Source: Somniosus microcephalus (lineage: Eukaryota). Taken from it: a stretch of DNA of 64,000 nt. Location: the NCBI GenBank assembly GCA_052327205.1, contig JBMRGM010000035.1:118730001-118794000 (forward strand), given 5' to 3'. Below, one piece after another: positions 35,965-49,206 of this stretch. The translations under genes and the position numbers were made by a program. Below the pieces are notes generated by a model. The model was not told where the DNA came from, made no database searches, and saw nothing but the letters and a program-made list of their open reading frames with translations. Each line of letters begins with the position of its first letter. Positions within the stretch are counted from its first letter, which is position 1.

Positions 35965-38900
35965 CACTGTCCCGTCCCCACTCCCTCAGTCCCACTGTCC
36001 CGTCCCCTCTCCCTCAGTCCCAATGTCCCATCCCCACTCCCTCAGTCCCACTGTCCCGTCCCCACTCCCTCAGTCCCACTGTCCCATCCCCACTCCCTCA
36101 GTCCCACTGTCCCGTCCCCACTCCCTCAGTCCCACTGTCCCGTCCCCACTCCCTCAGTCCCACTGTCCCGTCCCCACTCCCTCAGTCCCAATGTCCCGTC
36201 CCCACTCCCTCAGTCCCACTGTCCCGTCCCCACTCCCTCAGTCCCACTGTCCCGTCCCCACTCCCTCAGTCCCACTGTCCCGTCCCCACTCCCTCAGTCC
36301 CACTGTCCCGTCCCCACTCCCTCAGTCCCACTGTCCCGTCCCCACTCCCTCAGTCCCACTGTCCCGTCCCCACTCCCTCAGTCCCACTGTCCCGTCCCCA
36401 CTCCCTCAGTCCCACTGTCCCGTCCCCACTCCCTCCGTCCCACTGTCCCGTCCCCTCTCGCTCAGTCCCACTGTCCTGTCCCCACTCCCTCAGTCCCACT
36501 GTCCCGTCCCCACTCCCTCAGTCCCACTGTCCCGTCCCCACTCCCTCAGTCCCACTGTCCCGTCCCCACTCCCTCAGTCCCACTGTCCCGTCCCCACTCC
36601 CTCCGTCCCACTGTCCCGTCCCCTCTCGCTCAGTCCCACTGTCCTGTCCCCACTCCCTCAGTCCCACTGTCCCGTCCCCTCTCCCTCAGTCCCACTGTCC
36701 CATCCCCACTCCCTCAGTCCCACTGTCCCGTCCCCACTCCCTCAGTCCCACTGTCCCATTCCCACTCCCTCAGTCCCCCCGTCCCCTCCCCACTCCCTCA
36801 GTCCCACTGTCCCATTCCCACTCCCTCAGTCCCCCCGTCCCCTCCCCACTCCCTCAGTCCCACTGTCCCGTCCCCACTCCCTCAGTCCCACTGTCCCGTC
36901 CCCACTCCCTCAGTCCCACTGTCCCGTCCCCACTCCCTCAGTCCCACTGTCCCGTCCCCACTCCCTCAGTCCCACTGTCCCGTCCCCTCCCTCAGTCCCA
37001 CTGTCCCGTCCCCACTCCCTCAGTCTCACTGTCCCGTCCCCTCCCTCAGTCCCACTGTCCCGTCCCCACTCCCTCAGTCCCACTGTCCCGTCCCCTCTCC
37101 CTCAGTCCCACTGTCCCGTCCCCACTCCCTCAGTCCCACTGTCCCGTCCCCACTCCCTCAGTCCCACTGTCCCGTCCCCACTCCCTCAGTCCCACTGTCC
37201 CGTCCCCTCCCTCAGTCCCACTGTCCCGTCCCCACTCCCTCAGTCCCACTGTCCCGTCCCCTCTCCCTCAGTCCCACTGTCCCGTCCCCTCCCTCAGTCC
37301 CACTGTCCCGTCCCCACTCCCTCAGTCCCACTGTCCCATCCCCACTCCCTCAGTCTCACTGTCCCGTCCCCACTCCCTCAGTCCCACTGTCCCATCCCCT
37401 CCCTCAGTCCCACTGTCCCATCCCCACTCCCTCAGTCCCACTGTCCCGTCCCCACGCCCTCAGTCCCACTGTCCCGTCCCCACTCCCTCAGTCCCGTCCC
37501 CTCTCCCTCAGTCCCACTGTCCCGTCCCCACTCCCTCAGTCCCACCGTCCCGTCCCCACTCCCTCAGTCCCACTGTCCTATTCCCACTCCCTCAGTCCCA
37601 CCGTCCCGTCCCCACTCCTTCAGTCCCACTGTCCCGTCCCCACTCCCTCAGTCCCACCCCCACTCCCTCAGTCCCACTGTCCCGTCCCCTCCCTCAGTCC
37701 CACTGTCCCATCCCCACTCCCTCAGTCTCACTGTCCCGTCCCCTCCCTCAGTCCCACTGTCCCGTCCCCACTCCCTCAGTCCCACTGTCCCGTCCCCACT
37801 CCCTCAGTCCCACTGTCCCGTCCCCACTCCCTCAGTCCCACTGTCCCGTCCCCACTCCCTCAGTCCCACTGTCCCGTCCCCTCCCTCAGTCCCACTGTCC
37901 CGTCCCCACTCCCTCAGTCTCACTGTCCCGTCCCCTCCCTCAGTCCCACTGTCCCGTCCCCACTCCCTCAGTCCCACTGTCCCGTCCCCACTCCCTCAGT
38001 CCCACTGTCCCGTCCCCACTCCCTCAGTCCCACTGTCCCGTCCCCACTCCCTCAGTCCCACTGTCCCGTCCCCTCCCTCAGTCCCACTGTCCCGTCCCCA
38101 CTCCCTCAGTCCCACTGTCCCATCCCCACTCCCTCAGTCTCACTGTCCCGTCCCCTCCCTCAGTCCCACTGTCCCATCCCCACTCCCTCAGTCCCACTGT
38201 CCCGTCCCCACTCCCTCAGTCCCACTGTCCCGTCCCCACTCCCTCAGTCCCATCCCCACTCCCTCAGTCCCACTGTCCCGTCCCCTCCCTCAGTCCCACT
38301 GTCCCATCCCCACTCCCTCAGTCCCACTGTCCCATCCCCTCCCTCAGTTCCACCGTCCAGTCCCCACTCCCTCAGTCCCGTCCCGTCCCCTCCCTCAGTC
38401 CCACTGTCCCGTCCCCACTCCCTCAGTCCCACTGGCCCGTCCCCACTCCCTCAGTCCCACTGTCCCATCCCCACTCCCTCAGTCCCACTGTCCCGTCCCC
38501 TCCCTCAGTCCCACTGTCCCATCCCCACTCCCTCAGTCCCACTGTCCCATCCCCTCCCTCAGTCCCACCGTCCAGTCCCCACTCCCTCAGTCCCGTCCTG
38601 TCCCCACCCCCTCAGTCCCACTGTCCCGTCCCCAATCCCTCAGTCCCACTGTCCCGTCCCCACTCCCTCAGTCCCACTGTCCCGTCCCCACTCCCTCAGT
38701 CCCACTGTCCCGTCCCCACTCCCTCAGTCCCACTGTCCCGTCCCCACTCCCTCAATCCCACTGTCATGTCCTCAGTCCCACTGTGCCATCCCCACTCCCT
38801 CAGTCCCACTGTCCCGTCCCCACTCCCTCAGTCTCACTGTCCCGTCCCCACTCCCCAGTCCCACTGTCCCCACTCCCTCAGTCCCACTGTCCCATCCCCT

Positions 38901-41900
38901 CCCTCAGTCCCACTGTCCCCACTCCCTCAGTCCCACTGTCCCGTCCCCTCCCTCAGTCCCAGTGTCCCATCCCCTCCCTCAGTCCCACTGTCCCGTCCCC
39001 ACTCCCTCAGTCCCACTGTCCCGTTCCCACTCCCTCAGTCCCACTGTCCCCACCCCCTCAGTCCCACTGTCCCGTCCCCACTCCCTAAAATTGTCCTAGT
39101 AAAGGATCCCCTTGGAATGAGTGACCATAACATGGTTGAATTCCATATTCAATTAGAGGGTGAGAAGGTTGGATCTCAAACAAGCGTGCTGAGCTTGAAT
39201 AAAGGAGACTATGAAGGTATGAGATTGGAATTGAGTAGAGTGGATTGGGAAATAGATAAAAGGGTAAGACGATACATGATCAGTGGTGTACATTTAAGGA
39301 GTTATTTTACAACTTCCAAAAAATATATATTCCACTGAGAAGAAAAGGGTGTAAAAGAAAAGACAGCCATCCATAGCTAAGTAAAGAAATTAAGGATAGT
39401 ATTCGACTAAAAACAAGGGCATATAAGGTAGCCAAATCTAGTGGGAGGATAGAGGATTGGGAAAACTTTAAAAGACAGCAAAAAATAACAAAAAGATTGA
39501 TTAAGAAAGGGAAGATAGATTATGAAAGTAAATTAGCAAAAAATATAAAAACAGATAGTAAGAGTTTTTATAGTTATATAAAAAGCAAAAGGGTGGCTAA
39601 AGTAAATGTTGGTCCCTTAGAGGATGAGACCGGGAAATTAATGGTGGGAAATATGGAGATGGCAAAAACACTGAATGAATATTTTATATCAGTCTTTACA
39701 GTAGAAGACACTAAGAATATCCCAACACTGGACAAACAGGGGGCTAAAGGGGGGGAGGAGCTAAAGACGATCAAAATCACTAAGGAAGTGGTACTCAGTA
39801 AAATAATGGGACTCAAGGCGGATAAATCACCTGGACCTGATGGCTTATATCCTAGGGTCTTGAGGAAAGTGGTGGTAGGGATTGTGGATGCATTGGTAAT
39901 AATTTTCCAAAACTCCCTGGACTCGGCAAAGGTCCCGGCAGACTGGAAAACTGCTAATGTAACACCCTTATTTAAAAAGGGCAGTAGACAGAAGGCTGGA
40001 AACTATAGACCGGTTAGCCTAACATCTGTGGTAGGTAAAATTTTGGAGTCCATTATTAAGGAGACAGTAACAGGACATTTGGATAATCATCATTTAATAG
40101 GACAAAGTCAGCGTGGTTTTATGAAGGGGAAGTCATGTTTGACAAATTTGCTGGAGTTCTTTGAGGAAGTAACATATAGGGTGGATAAAGGGGAACCAGT
40201 GGACGTAGTGTATTTAGACTTCCAAAAGGCATTTGACAAGGTGCCACACAAAAGATTATTGCTTAAGATAAAAAATCACGGGATTGGGGGTAATATTCTG
40301 GCATGGATAGAGGATTGGTTATCTAACAGAAGGCAGAGAGTTGGGATAAATGGTTCATTCTCAGACTGGCAATCAGTAACTAGTGGTGTTCCGCAGGGGT
40401 CAGTGCTGGGTCCCCAACACTTTACAATCTATATTAACGATTTGGAGGAGGGGACCGAGTGTAACATATCAAAGTTTGCAGATGATACTAAGATGGGAGG
40501 GAAAGTAGTGAGTGAGGAGGACATAAAAAACCTGCAAGGGGACATAGACAGGCTAAGTAAGTGGGCAGAGATTTGGCAGATGGAACACAATACTGGAAAG
40601 TGTGAGGTTATGCACTTTGGCAGGAAAAATTGTAGAGCAAGTTATTATCTTAATGGCAAGAAACTGGAAAGTACTGAAGTACAAAGGGATCTGGGGGTCC
40701 TGGTGCACGAAACTCAAAAGGTTAGTATGCAGGTGCAGCAAGTGATTAAGAAGGCCAATGGAATGTTGGCTTTCATTGCTAGGGGGATAGAATATAAAAA
40801 TAGGGAGGTATTGCTTCAGTTGTACAAGGTATTGGTGAGACCGCACCTGGAATACTGCGTACAGTTTTGGTGTCCATACTTAAGAAAGGACATACTTGCT
40901 CTCGAGTCAGTACAAAGAAGGTTCACTCGGTTAATCCCGGGGATGAGGGGATGGACATATGAGGAGAGGTTGAGCAGATTGGGACTCTACTCATTGGAGT
41001 TCAGAAGAATGAGAGGCGATCTTATTGAAACATATAAGATTGTGAAGGGGTTGGATCAGGTGGATGCGGGGAGGATGTTCCCGATGATGGGTGAAACTAG
41101 AACTAGGGGGCATAGTCTTAGAATAAGGGGCTGCTCTTTCAAAACTGAGATGAGGAGGAACTACTTCACTCAGAGGGTGGTAGGTCCATGGAATATGCTG
41201 CCCCAAAAAGCTGTAGAAGCTACATCATTACATAAATTTAAAACAGAAATAGACAGTTTCCTAGAAGTAAAGGGAATTAAGGGTTACGGGGAGCGGGCAG
41301 GAATTTGGACATGAGTCTAGGTTCGGATCGGTCATGGCCCTGTGGGTAGCGGAGCAGGCCCAGGGGCCGTGTAGCCTGATCCTGCTCCTATTTCGTGTGT
41401 CTAATTCTGTTAGATTCAGGAGATGGTTCTGTGATAGTGGATTGGCGGTTAGGATCAGATCAGCCATGAACTTATTGAATGGCGGAGCAGGCTCGAGGGG
41501 CTGATTGGCCTACTCCTGCTCCTATTTCTTATGTTCTTATGTCCCCTCCCTCAGTCCCACTGTCCCGTCCCCACTCCCTCAGTCCCACTGTCCCCACTCC
41601 CTCAGTCCCACTGTCCCATCCCCTCCCTCAGTCCCACTGTCCCCACTCCCTCAGTCCCACTGTCCCATCCCCTCCCTCAGTCCCACTGTCCCCACTCCCT
41701 CAGTCCCACTGTCCCATCCCCTCCCTCAGTCCCACTGTCCCCACTCCCTCAGTCCCACTGTCCCATCCCCTCCCTCAGTCCCACTGTCCCCACTCCCTCA
41801 GTCCCACTGTCCCGTCCCCACTCCCTCAGTCCCACTGTCCCCACTCCCTCAGTCCCACTGTCCCCACTCCCTCAGTCCCCCTGTCCCGTCCCCTCCCTCA

Positions 41901-42437
41901 GTCCCACTGTCCTGTCCTCACTCCCTCAGTCCCACTGTCCCCACCCCCTCAGTCCCACTGTCCCATCCTCACTCCCTCAGTCCCACTGTCCCATTCCCAC
42001 TCCCTCAGTCCCACTGTCCCATCCCCTCCCTCAGTCCCACTTTCCCATCCCCACTCCCTCAGTCCCACCCCCACTCCCTCAGTCCCACTGTCCCGTCCCC
42101 ACCCCCTCAGTCCCACTGTCCCCTCTCCCTCAGTCCCACTGTCCCCACTCCCTCAGTCCCACTGTCCCCACTCCCTCAGTCCCACTGTCCCGTCCCCTCT
42201 CCCTCAGTCCCACTGTCCCCACTCCCTCAGTCCCACTGTCCCCTCTCCCTCAGTCCCACTGTCCCCTCTCCCTCAGTCCCACTGTCCCCTCTCCCTCAGT
42301 CCCACTGTCCCCTCTCCCTCAGTCCCACTGTCCCCTCTCCCTCAGTCCCACTGTCCCCTCTCCCTCAGTCCCACTGTCCCCTCTCCCTCAGTCCCACTGT
42401 CCCCACTCCCTCAGTCCCACTGTCCCGTCCCCACACC
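35965..42437. repeat. 28-bp C-rich minisatellite (cactccctcagtcccactgtcccgtccc) with 26- and 23-bp variants, split by a CR1
   Basis: Arms 35965-39086 and ~41542-42437. Confidence 0.95.
39087..41541 (+). mobile_element. CR1 LINE, 5'-truncated, long open RT frame (39497-41314)
   Basis: KSPGPDG, NYRPVSLTS, LDFQKAFDKV, KFADDTK; (ttcttatg)n tail. Confidence 0.95.
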
Positions 42438-42869
42438 CTCTGACTTACTCTCACTGCTCCCGTCTCTCTCTCTCCCCCTGACTTTGGCTCACTCCCCTTG
42501 CTCTCTCTGTCTCGTTCCCCATTGGCTCTCCCTCTCTCACTTGCTGTCTTTTATCCTGCTCACCTCCTTGTAGTTCTATTCATTAAACTCAGTCCATTAA
42601 TGAATAATGAGTTGTGCCTATGGCTCGGCTCCCTTATCCCTGTCTCTTTTAACACATGAATGAATCCAGTGCTTTGATCCAATATCACTGCGTCTGCAAC
42701 AGTTACGGCAACAGCAAATGGGAAGAGGCCGATGAAAGGGTTATGGACTCGGGGAAAAAAAACTTTAATTATCAGCAGTGATCAGAGAACACAAGGGAGG
42801 GAGATGAACCGGCACCATGCTTGGCACTATATTATAAAAGTATATTATATTATATTGTACAACCATATT

Positions 42870-43359
42870 GTACAAAGGATATCGAGGCACAGGAGAAGGT
42901 ACAAAAAAGATTGACAAGGATGATACCAGAACTGAGAGGTTGTACTTATCAGGAATGATTGAACAGGGTGGGGCTCTTTTCTCTTAAGGAACGAGAAGGC
43001 TGAGTGGTGACCTGATGGAGGTCTTTAACATTATGAAGGGGTTCGTTAGGATGTTACCACTTTCGGGGCGGGGGAGTCCAAAACTGAGGGCCATCAATAT
43101 AAGATAGTCACTAATAAATCCAATAAAGAATTGAAGAGAAACTTCTTCACCCAAAGATTGACGAGAATGTACCATATGGAGTAGTTCAATAGCACAGATG
43201 CATTTAAGGGAGAGCCAGATAAGCACACGAGGGGGAAAGGAATAGAAGGTTATGTTGAGGTGAGATGAGGTGGTGTGGGAGGAGGCTCATGTGGAGCATA
43301 AACACCGGCATAGACCAGTTGGGCCAAATGGCTTGTTTCTGTGCTGTAAACTCTATGTA
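42870..43359 (+). mobile_element. Old CR1 3' fragment
   Basis: Degenerate RRLSGDLMEVF region and tail ggcttgtttctgtgctgtaa. Confidence 0.7.
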
Positions 43360-43361
43360 AA

Positions 43362-43735
43362 AAAGAAAGACTTGCATTTATACAGTGCCTTTCATGACCT
43401 CAGGACGTCCCAAAGCGCTTTACAGCCAATGAAGACCAGATCATCTGTTTCAGTGATGTTGGTTGAGGAATAAATATTGGCCAGGAAACCGGGGAGAACT
43501 TCCCTGCTCTTCTTTGAAATAGTGCCGTGGGATCTTCTACATCGACCTGAGAGGGCAGACGGGGCCTCAGTTTAACATCTCATACGAATGATGGCCCCTC
43601 CCACAGCGCAGCGTTCCCTCAGCACTGCACTGGGAGTGTCGGCCTAGATTTTGTGCTCAAGTCTCTGCATGGGGCTTGAACCCACAACCTTGTGCCACGG
43701 AGGTGAGCGTGCTACCCACTGAGCCACGGCCAACT
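43362..43735 (-). mobile_element. Deu-SINE, internally deleted
   Basis: Head gccgtggctcagtgggtagcac on the minus strand; (tttc)n tail. Confidence 0.82.
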
Positions 43736-44009
43736 CAGCCAGCTGCTTACACACGCTCAGTGTTGACCTTGGCTGCTGTCCCCTCAGCACCTGGTTCAAC
43801 TGTGGTGCTTGGCTGTGCTCCAGACATATCTGAGACAAGGGTTTCTCATCCCCGCATCTTCTCCAATTCAACAGCTGTGCTTCCGACTCATTAACATCTA
43901 TGACAGCAGCACTCTTACCTGCAAAACTGCAACTCAGGGCAGCCCTACTACTGCTATCAGTCAAGGTGCCCGGGACTGCTCTCAGAAACATTGTACACTG
44001 TAGCTAGTC

Positions 44010-44830
44010 ACATATATGTACTATACAGCTCGTGTGTGTCACAGTGTCAGCTCCTGTACACGTATAGTACACACTGGGTAAAAAGGAACAATTCACTCCC
44101 AACTGGTACTATACGGCTTGTCTGTGTCCTGGTGTCAGCTCCAGTACATGTACAGTACACATAGGATGAAAGGGAATGATTCACTCCTGTCTAGTACTGT
44201 GTGTCTCGGTGTTAGCTCCTGTACATGTACAGTACACACTGGGTAAAAAGGAACGATTCACTATAGTCTGGTACTGTGTGTCTTGGTGTTAGCTCCTTTT
44301 TTTTTTATTCGTTCATGGGATGTGGGTGTCGCTGGCAAGGCTGACATTTATTGCCCATCCCTAGTTGCCCTTGAGAAGGTGGTGGTGAGCCGCCTTCTTG
44401 AACCGCTGCAGTCCATGTGGTGAAGGTGCTCCCACAGTGCTGTTAGGGAGGGAGTTCCAGGATTTTGACCCAGTGACGATGAGGGATCGGCGATATACTT
44501 CTAAGTCAGGATGGCATGTGACTTGGAGGGGAACTTGGAGGTGGTGGTGTTCCCATGCGCCTGCTGCCCTTGTCCTTCTAGGTGGAAGAGGTCGTGGGTT
44601 TGGGAGGTGCTGTTGAAGAAGCCTTGGCGAGTTGCTGCAGTGCATCTTGTAGATGGTGCACACTGCAGCCACGGTACGCCGGTGGTGGAGGGAGTGAATG
44701 TTTAAGGTGGTAGATGGGGTGCCAATCAAGCATGTACAGTACAGTACACAGCGGGTAAAAGAGAACTATTCACTCCCATCTGGTACTGTGTGTCTTGGTG
44801 TTAGCTCCTGTGCATGTACAGTACACAATG
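44010..44830. repeat. ~76-88-bp diverged tandem repeat (~5 units) interrupted by a LINE
   Basis: gtgt.agctcctgtacatgtacagtacaca..gggtaaaa recurs at ~44044, 44132, 44208, 44286/44731, 44798. Confidence 0.75.
44298..44730 (-). mobile_element. CR1-group (Zenon-like) LINE 3' fragment with A-rich tail
   Basis: HSLHHRRTVAAVCTIYKMHC...WNSLP...LQRFKKAAHHHL; clade assignment tentative. Confidence 0.8.
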
Positions 44831-45089
44831 GGCTGCCTATTTGCCATCAACCATTTGCTGTTACACTTCCCCCCCACCCCCCATCCGCCTGCAAGAGCAA
44901 TTTCCCCCCATGGTGCCTGTTGACCGCATGACATCAGTGTTCGGCATGTGTTCCTCCCGTCACTGATGTCATAGGGTAAGCAATTACACTCCAAGGTCTT
45001 CTCTTGTATTGCTTTGTTATTCTTGACAGAATGATCTCGCGATACAAAGCAGCTAGTTAGTACCACACCAATTTGGACAAAACCTCATT

Positions 45090-46066
45090 ACCCAGAGAGG
45101 TGAGAATGTGGAACTCGCTATCACAGGGAGCGGTTGAGGCGAACAGCATAGATGCATTTAAGGGGAAGCTGGATAAACATACGAGGGAGAATGGAATAGA
45201 AGGATATGCTGATAGGGCAAGCTGAAGTAGGGTGGGAGGAGGCTGGTGTGGGACTTGATGGGCCAATTGGCCTGTTTCTGTGCTGTAAAATTCAATGTAA
45301 ATACAATGTAACAGTGGTGACCAGGATAGCATTGTTAAAAGTTACGCCAGTCTCTGGAATTGAACTTGAAGCTCATGGCCTTCAGACTCCGAGGCGCGAA
45401 GGCTACCCACTGATCCACGGCTGACACCAAATACTCGCTGCATTAGACCATCTAACCTGAGGCAAATCTTGTAAGGGTGAAGACTCAGCTTAGTGTCGAG
45501 GAGTGCCCAACTTTGCTGGTGATTCAGTGGTTGCTGTATCCCAAGTAACTTTGAACTGTCACAAATCCTGTGTACAGCACATTTAGGAGTCATAAATATA
45601 AGATAATCACTAATAAATCCAGTCAGGAATTCTGGAGAAACTTCTCCATCCAGAGTGTGGTGAGAATGTGGAACTTGCCACAAGAAGTATCTGAGGCGAA
45701 TGGTATAGATGCCTTGAAGGAGAAGCTAGATAAACACATAAGGGAGAAGGGAATAGAAGGTTACGTTGATGGGGTGAGATGAAGAAGGGTGGGAGGAGGC
45801 TCATGTGGAGCATAAACATCAGCATAGACCTGTTGGGCCGAATGGCCTGTTTCTGTGTTGTAAATACTATGCAATACTATGTAAATGTTAAAATTATTGA
45901 ATGTTGGACATCTTTGTTATTCAGGTAGTGGTCTACATGAGAAATAGGAGCAGGAGTTGGCCAGACAGCCCCTCGAGCCTGCTCCACCATTCAATAAGAT
46001 CATGACTGATCTTCTACCTCAACTCCACTTTTTTAATCTATCCCCATATCCCTTGATTCCCTTAGA
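45090..46066. mobile_element. Three short CR1 3' tails (45090-45300 +, 45585-45885 +, 45937-46066 -)
   Basis: VRMWNL motifs and conserved CR1 3' UTR. Confidence 0.7.
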
Positions 46067-46634
46067 CTACCTCGGAATGGAGCCTAATGCTATGAGGATC
46101 CTGAGAACAGAGGGTAGAGACATAGAAAAGAAGTATCTTGTTCCCACTGCTGCCAGGGCACTAAAAGAGAGGAAAGAGGGGGTCTTGGGGGAGGTTAAAG
46201 TACCAATGTAGAATGAGTGCCTCGACAGGCTGAGACTTGTCCTGTGAGACGCTCAGTAGAAAGACTCCTCGTTCAACCAAGAGCAGTGACACAATTTGCT
46301 GCTTGGTTTGAGGATTGTCAGCAGGCGGTCTGGGCCAGGCAGGCTGGCTAAGGTTGAAGTAAGCAAGAGCAGATGGGCCCCGCTTCTCGTCTCAGACTCC
46401 CTGCAGCCTCGGAGGTTGATGTTAGCAGCTGTTCAGGAAACGCCATATCTGTCATTGCAAGGAAGGAGAGAGAAGAGCAGGGAACTCAGCGGCCTCCTTT
46501 ATACTTCACCCCACAGGCAGCACAGGAGAGTGATCGCTCTGCAGTACACCGCTTGGTTACAACAAGGAGCTCAGGGCATAGCAGTGCCAACCCGTGCCCA
46601 ATCAGTCTGTCGCTTATCGGGTTTGCAAACCAAC

Positions 46635-47110
46635 CACCTTAAACACCCATCCCCTCTGCCACCGGCGCACCGTGGCTGCCGTGTGTACCATCTATAAGAT
46701 GCACTGCAGCAACTCGCCAAGACTTCCTCAGTAGCACCTCCCAAACCCATGACCTCCACCACCTAGAAGGACAAGGGCAGCAGGCGCATGGGAACACCAC
46801 CACCCCCAAGTCCGCCCCCCTGAGTCACACACCATCCTGACTTGGACATATATCGCCGTTCCTTCATCGTCGCTGGGTCAAAATCCTGGAACTCCCTCCC
46901 GAACAGCACTGTGGGATTACCCCTAACAGCACTGTGGGATTACCCCCTAACAGCACTGTGGGATTACCCCTAACAGCACTATGGGAGTACCTTCACCACA
47001 CGGACTGCAGCGGTTCAAGAAGGCGGCTCATCACCACCTTCTCAAGGGCAATTAGGGATGGAAAATAAATGCCGGCCTTGCCAGTGACGCCCACAGCCCA
47101 AGAATGAATT
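46635..47110 (+). mobile_element. Zenon-like LINE 3' fragment with a 4-copy internal 23-24-bp repeat (~46900-46990)
   Basis: Reverse complement of the 44298-44730 family. Confidence 0.85.
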
Positions 47111-47314
47111 AAGCAAAAGTCCAAATGCAGGTAAGGGCGAGATCGTGACTTGTGCCGCTGCTGAACGTTTATTGAGGCATCAGAGCTCAAACATCATCCC
47201 ACTCAAGGTCTCAGTCCCTATCCTCGTCCTGTGTTGCACTTTGGATTTTGGCAAGAGGTAGCTACTTGAGTTGACCTACAGCCCTGAACTCTCCTCCATT
47301 CCATGCATCTAGGC

Positions 47315-47875
47315 ATAGGAACAGGAGGATGTCATTCAGCCCCTCGAGCCTGTTCCGCCATTCAATTAGATCATGGCTGATCTGTATCTTACCCCCTTTT
47401 ACCCACCTTGGTTCTGTAACCCACAATACCCTTACAAAAACCTATCAATCTCAGTTTTGAAATTTCCAGCTCTCCCACCCTCGACAGCTTTTTTGGGGAG
47501 TGAGTTCCAGATTTCCCTTTGTGTGAAGAAGTGCTTCCTGACGTCACCCTTGAACGGCCTAGCTTTAATTTGAAGGTTATGTCCCCTTGTTCTGGACTCC
47601 CCCCCACCAGAGGAAATAGTTTCTCTCTTTCTACCCTATTAACTCCTTTAATCATCTTAAACACTTCAATCAGATCACCCCTTAATCTTCTATACTCCAG
47701 GGAATACAAGCCCAGTCTGTGCAGCCTGTCCTCATAATTTAACCCTTTTAGCCCCGGTATCATTCTGGTGTATCTGCGCTGCCCCCCCTCCAAGGCCAAT
47801 ATATCCTTCCTGAGGTGCGGGGCCCATAACTAAAGGCAGATGTGGTCTGACCAGACCTTTATACAACTGTAGCAC
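47315..47875 (-). mobile_element. CR1 3' fragment
   Basis: ORF 47389-47799 LGLYSLEYRRLRGDLIEVFKMIKG. Confidence 0.88.
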
Positions 47876-47984
47876 AACCAATTTGTACAACATAATGGCC
47901 CTGCCCTTGGGTATTCTATTCTTACTATCTGAATGTAGCTAGAGTATCTCCAGCAATCAGTTCTCTTCCCTGCTCTGCATTGTC

Positions 47985-48997
47985 ACCCCCACTAGTGCCC
48001 CAGGGATCCATCCTTGGCCTCTCTTCCTCATCTATGAGCTGTCCCTCCAAATTATCATCAATGGACATGGAGTCAGTTTCCACATGTACCCTAGTGTCAC
48101 CCTGCTCTACCTCTCTGCCACCACTCTCAACCCCCCCCACTGCCTCTGTACTCTCAGACTGCCATGTCTGACCTGCAGTCTTCGATGAGTCATAACTTCC
48201 AAAGCCATTGTCTTCAGCTTCAACTTGCTCCTCACTCCTGTCTCAATCTCCAATTCTATTTAATACACAAACACTGTCCCAATCTCCAGTTCTAACTACT
48301 ACAAGCCCACTCTCCCACAATTACATTTCAACAAAGAGAGTTGATGAGGGTAGTGCGGCAGATGTTGTGTATATGGACTTTCAAAAGGCGTGCAATAAAG
48401 TTCGACATAATAGACCGGTTAAAGGGACAGTGGCAGCATGGATATGAAATTGACTAAGAGACAGAAAACAGAGAGCAGTGGAGGGAAGTACACAGTGGAG
48501 TCCCTCAGGGGTCGGTGTTGGGACCACTGCTCTTTTTGAGATATATTAATTGACCAGGACTTCAAAGTCTGTAGATGACACGTAACTCAGAAATGTAGTA
48601 AACAGTGAGAAGGATAGTAACATACTTCAGGAGGACATAGACAGACTAGTGAAATGGGCAGACACATGGCAGATGACATTTAAAGCAGAGAAGAGTGAAG
48701 TGGTACATTTTGGAAGGAAGGATGAGAGGCAATATAAACTAAATGGTACAATTTTAAAAGGGGTGCAGGAACAGACAAATCTTTGAAGGTGGCAGGACCA
48801 AAAAGCCATATGGGATCCTTGGCTTTATAAATAGAGGCATAAAGTACAAAAGCAAGAAGGTTATGCTAAACCTTTATAAATCGCTGGTTAGGCCTCAGCT
48901 GGCGTATTGTGTCCAATTCTGGGCACCGCACTTTAGGAAGAATATCAAGGCCTTGGAGAGGGTGTAGAAGAGATTTACTAGAATGGTACCAGGGATA
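47985..48997 (+). mobile_element. Decayed L2 RT fragment (~47985-48240) followed by a decayed CR1 RT fragment (~48330-48997)
   Basis: VPQGSILG; VDEGSAADVVYMDFQKA. Confidence 0.7.
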
Positions 48998-49206
48998 GTG
49001 GAGTGGAGGAAGGGGGCGGGGGGGGAGTCACATTTCAGCAGAGTAAAGGAGGAACCTGGTGCCCAGGAGACAGGGAATGAGATGAAATTAAACAAGAGAG
49101 AATGGGGAGGGAGGGAGTGAAATTTGTTTTAGGCGGTAGTGTAAACCGAGTAATACCAAATCGGCCTCCCATTTTACGCTCCCAATTGAAGTTCTGAAGA
49201 CAATGT

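Noticed and set aside
36023-39088. 1021-aa Pro/Ser-rich ORF (and ORFs at 41479-42573)
   Set aside because: Translation of a stop-free 28-bp minisatellite; several frames are open and a CR1 interrupts it
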